This document shows positions 63,181 to 64,000 of a stretch of DNA of 64,000 nt, in pieces. The first letter of the stretch is position 1. Every line of letters starts with the position of its first letter. The notes below the pieces were generated by a model. The model saw only the letters and a list, made by a program, of their open reading frames with translations, searched no databases and was not told the DNA's origin. Source of the stretch: an uncultured Ktedonobacteraceae bacterium (GTDB lineage: Bacteria > Chloroflexota > Ktedonobacteria > Ktedonobacterales > Ktedonobacteraceae); the NCBI GenBank assembly GCA_964250805.1, contig CAXUHG010000004.1, positions 25,730 to 89,729 of the forward strand. The letters run 5' to 3'. The position numbers were made by a program, and so were the translations under genes.

Positions 63181-64000
63181 TGCTAGCACAATTTTATCCA
63201 CCTACGATTGGCGGAGAGGAGCGTCATGTACGCAATCTTGCCATCGCGCTAGTGCAGCGCGGTCATAGCGTTTCTGTTGCCACGCTACAGCATGATAACA
63301 CGCCTGCATTTGAGCTTGACGAAGGAGTACACGTTCATCGCATTCGAGGCAGCGTACAGAGACTCAGTGTGCTGTTCAGCTATCAAGATAGACAATTCGC
63401 ACCTCCGTTCGCCGACCCCGAACTGTTACTAGCACTACGGCGCGTCATTCTGGAGGAACAGCCAGACATCATTCACGCCCATAATTGGATTATTCACTCA
63501 ATGCTGCCGCTCAAGACATGGAGCAAGGCCAAGTTAGTCGTCACGCTTCACGATTATAGTCTTGTCTGTGCGCAAAAGCGGCTCACCTATCGAGGCGAAC
63601 AGTGTACAGGTCCTTCACCCTTAAAGTGTTTAGAGTGTGCCAGTGAATTTTATGGCGCGACGAAAGGCGTTCCCACCGTGCTAACAAACTGGACAAGTAG
63701 CCAACTCGAAAATTCTTTGGTAGACATGTTTCTACCCGTTAGCTACTCTGTAGCACGCGGCACACGATTAACACATAGACGCGTTCCTCATCGTGTAATT
63801 CCAAATTTTGTTCCTGATAACATCAGCGAACAGAGGCGTGACGACTCCCAACTTCTGGAGCAACTGCCACGAGGCGATTTTATCCTTTTTGTCGGTGATG
63901 TCAAGCGCGATAAAGGCGTCGATGTTCTTCTACGGGCATACGCGGCAATGAAAAGCACGGTTCCACTCGTCATTATTGGTAGACCGTGTGATGATCTGGG
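63168..64000 (+). CDS. Family 4 glycosyltransferase, 5' part (runs off the right edge)
   Basis: My own translation from the ATG at 63168: MRILMLAQFYPPTIGGEERHVRNLAIALVQRGHSV..., with no stop codon through 64000. It overlaps the previous gene by 13 nt and contains a Cys-rich insert CAQKRLTYRGEQCTGPSPLKCLEC. Confidence 0.75.
   Translation, partial: MRILMLAQFYPPTIGGEERHVRNLAIALVQRGHSVSVATLQHDNTPAFELDEGVHVHRIRGSVQRLSVLFSYQDRQFAPPFADPELLLALRRVILEEQPDIIHAHNWIIHSMLPLKTWSKAKLVVTLHDYSLVCAQKRLTYRGEQCTGPSPLKCLECASEFYGATKGVPTVLTNWTSSQLENSLVDMFLPVSYSVARGTRLTHRRVPHRVIPNFVPDNISEQRRDDSQLLEQLPRGDFILFVGDVKRDKGVDVLLRAYAAMKSTVPLVIIGRPCDDL

Overview
This is a 64-kb chromosomal segment from a moderately GC-rich bacterium. 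The protein repertoire (split GcvPA/PB, PdxS/T, SdhCDAB, F420-type LLM oxidoreductase, several ECF sigma/anti-sigma pairs, WD40, Uma2 and Rpn nucleases) gives me an impression of Chloroflexota/Ktedonobacteria. That is an impression, not a search result. I found no rRNA, CRISPR array, intact IS element or prophage. Housekeeping blocks are ybdK, sdhCDAB, gcvPA-gcvPB, mogA, pdxS-pdxT and an R3H/SpoIIIAA-like ATPase. The right end (57.6-64 kb) is a glycan/exopolysaccharide cluster: GT2, deacetylase, GT2, flippase and two GT4 genes. The accessory content is richer. (i) An AT-rich islet (1-5.7 kb) abuts tRNA-Val/tRNA-Leu. It carries a 1114-aa N6-adenine methyltransferase translationally coupled to a PD-(D/E)xK nuclease, a tyrosine-recombinase remnant, and hicA followed by two hicB genes. 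(ii) A membrane-protein plus soluble-protein pair (8.0-9.5 kb) has Kiwa-like architecture. (iii) A Rad50/SbcC-like ATPase is translationally coupled to a NurA-like nuclease (37.3-41.7 kb), with no Mre11/SbcD or HerA in the window. A PIN/HTH toxin-antitoxin pair sits next to it. (iv) A MazEF-type pair is also present. Two non-coding signals stand out. One is a GTAG-terminated REPIN-like family: six copies, either ~133 bp or ~70 bp long, with 23-26-bp terminal inverted repeats, plus a related second family. The other is a set of unique, very long (12-41 bp) perfect or near-perfect palindromes at about 16 gene ends, seven of which embed a flanking stop codon (five embed both). All functional calls rest on motifs read by eye from the ORF track or from my own translation. 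No homology search was run.
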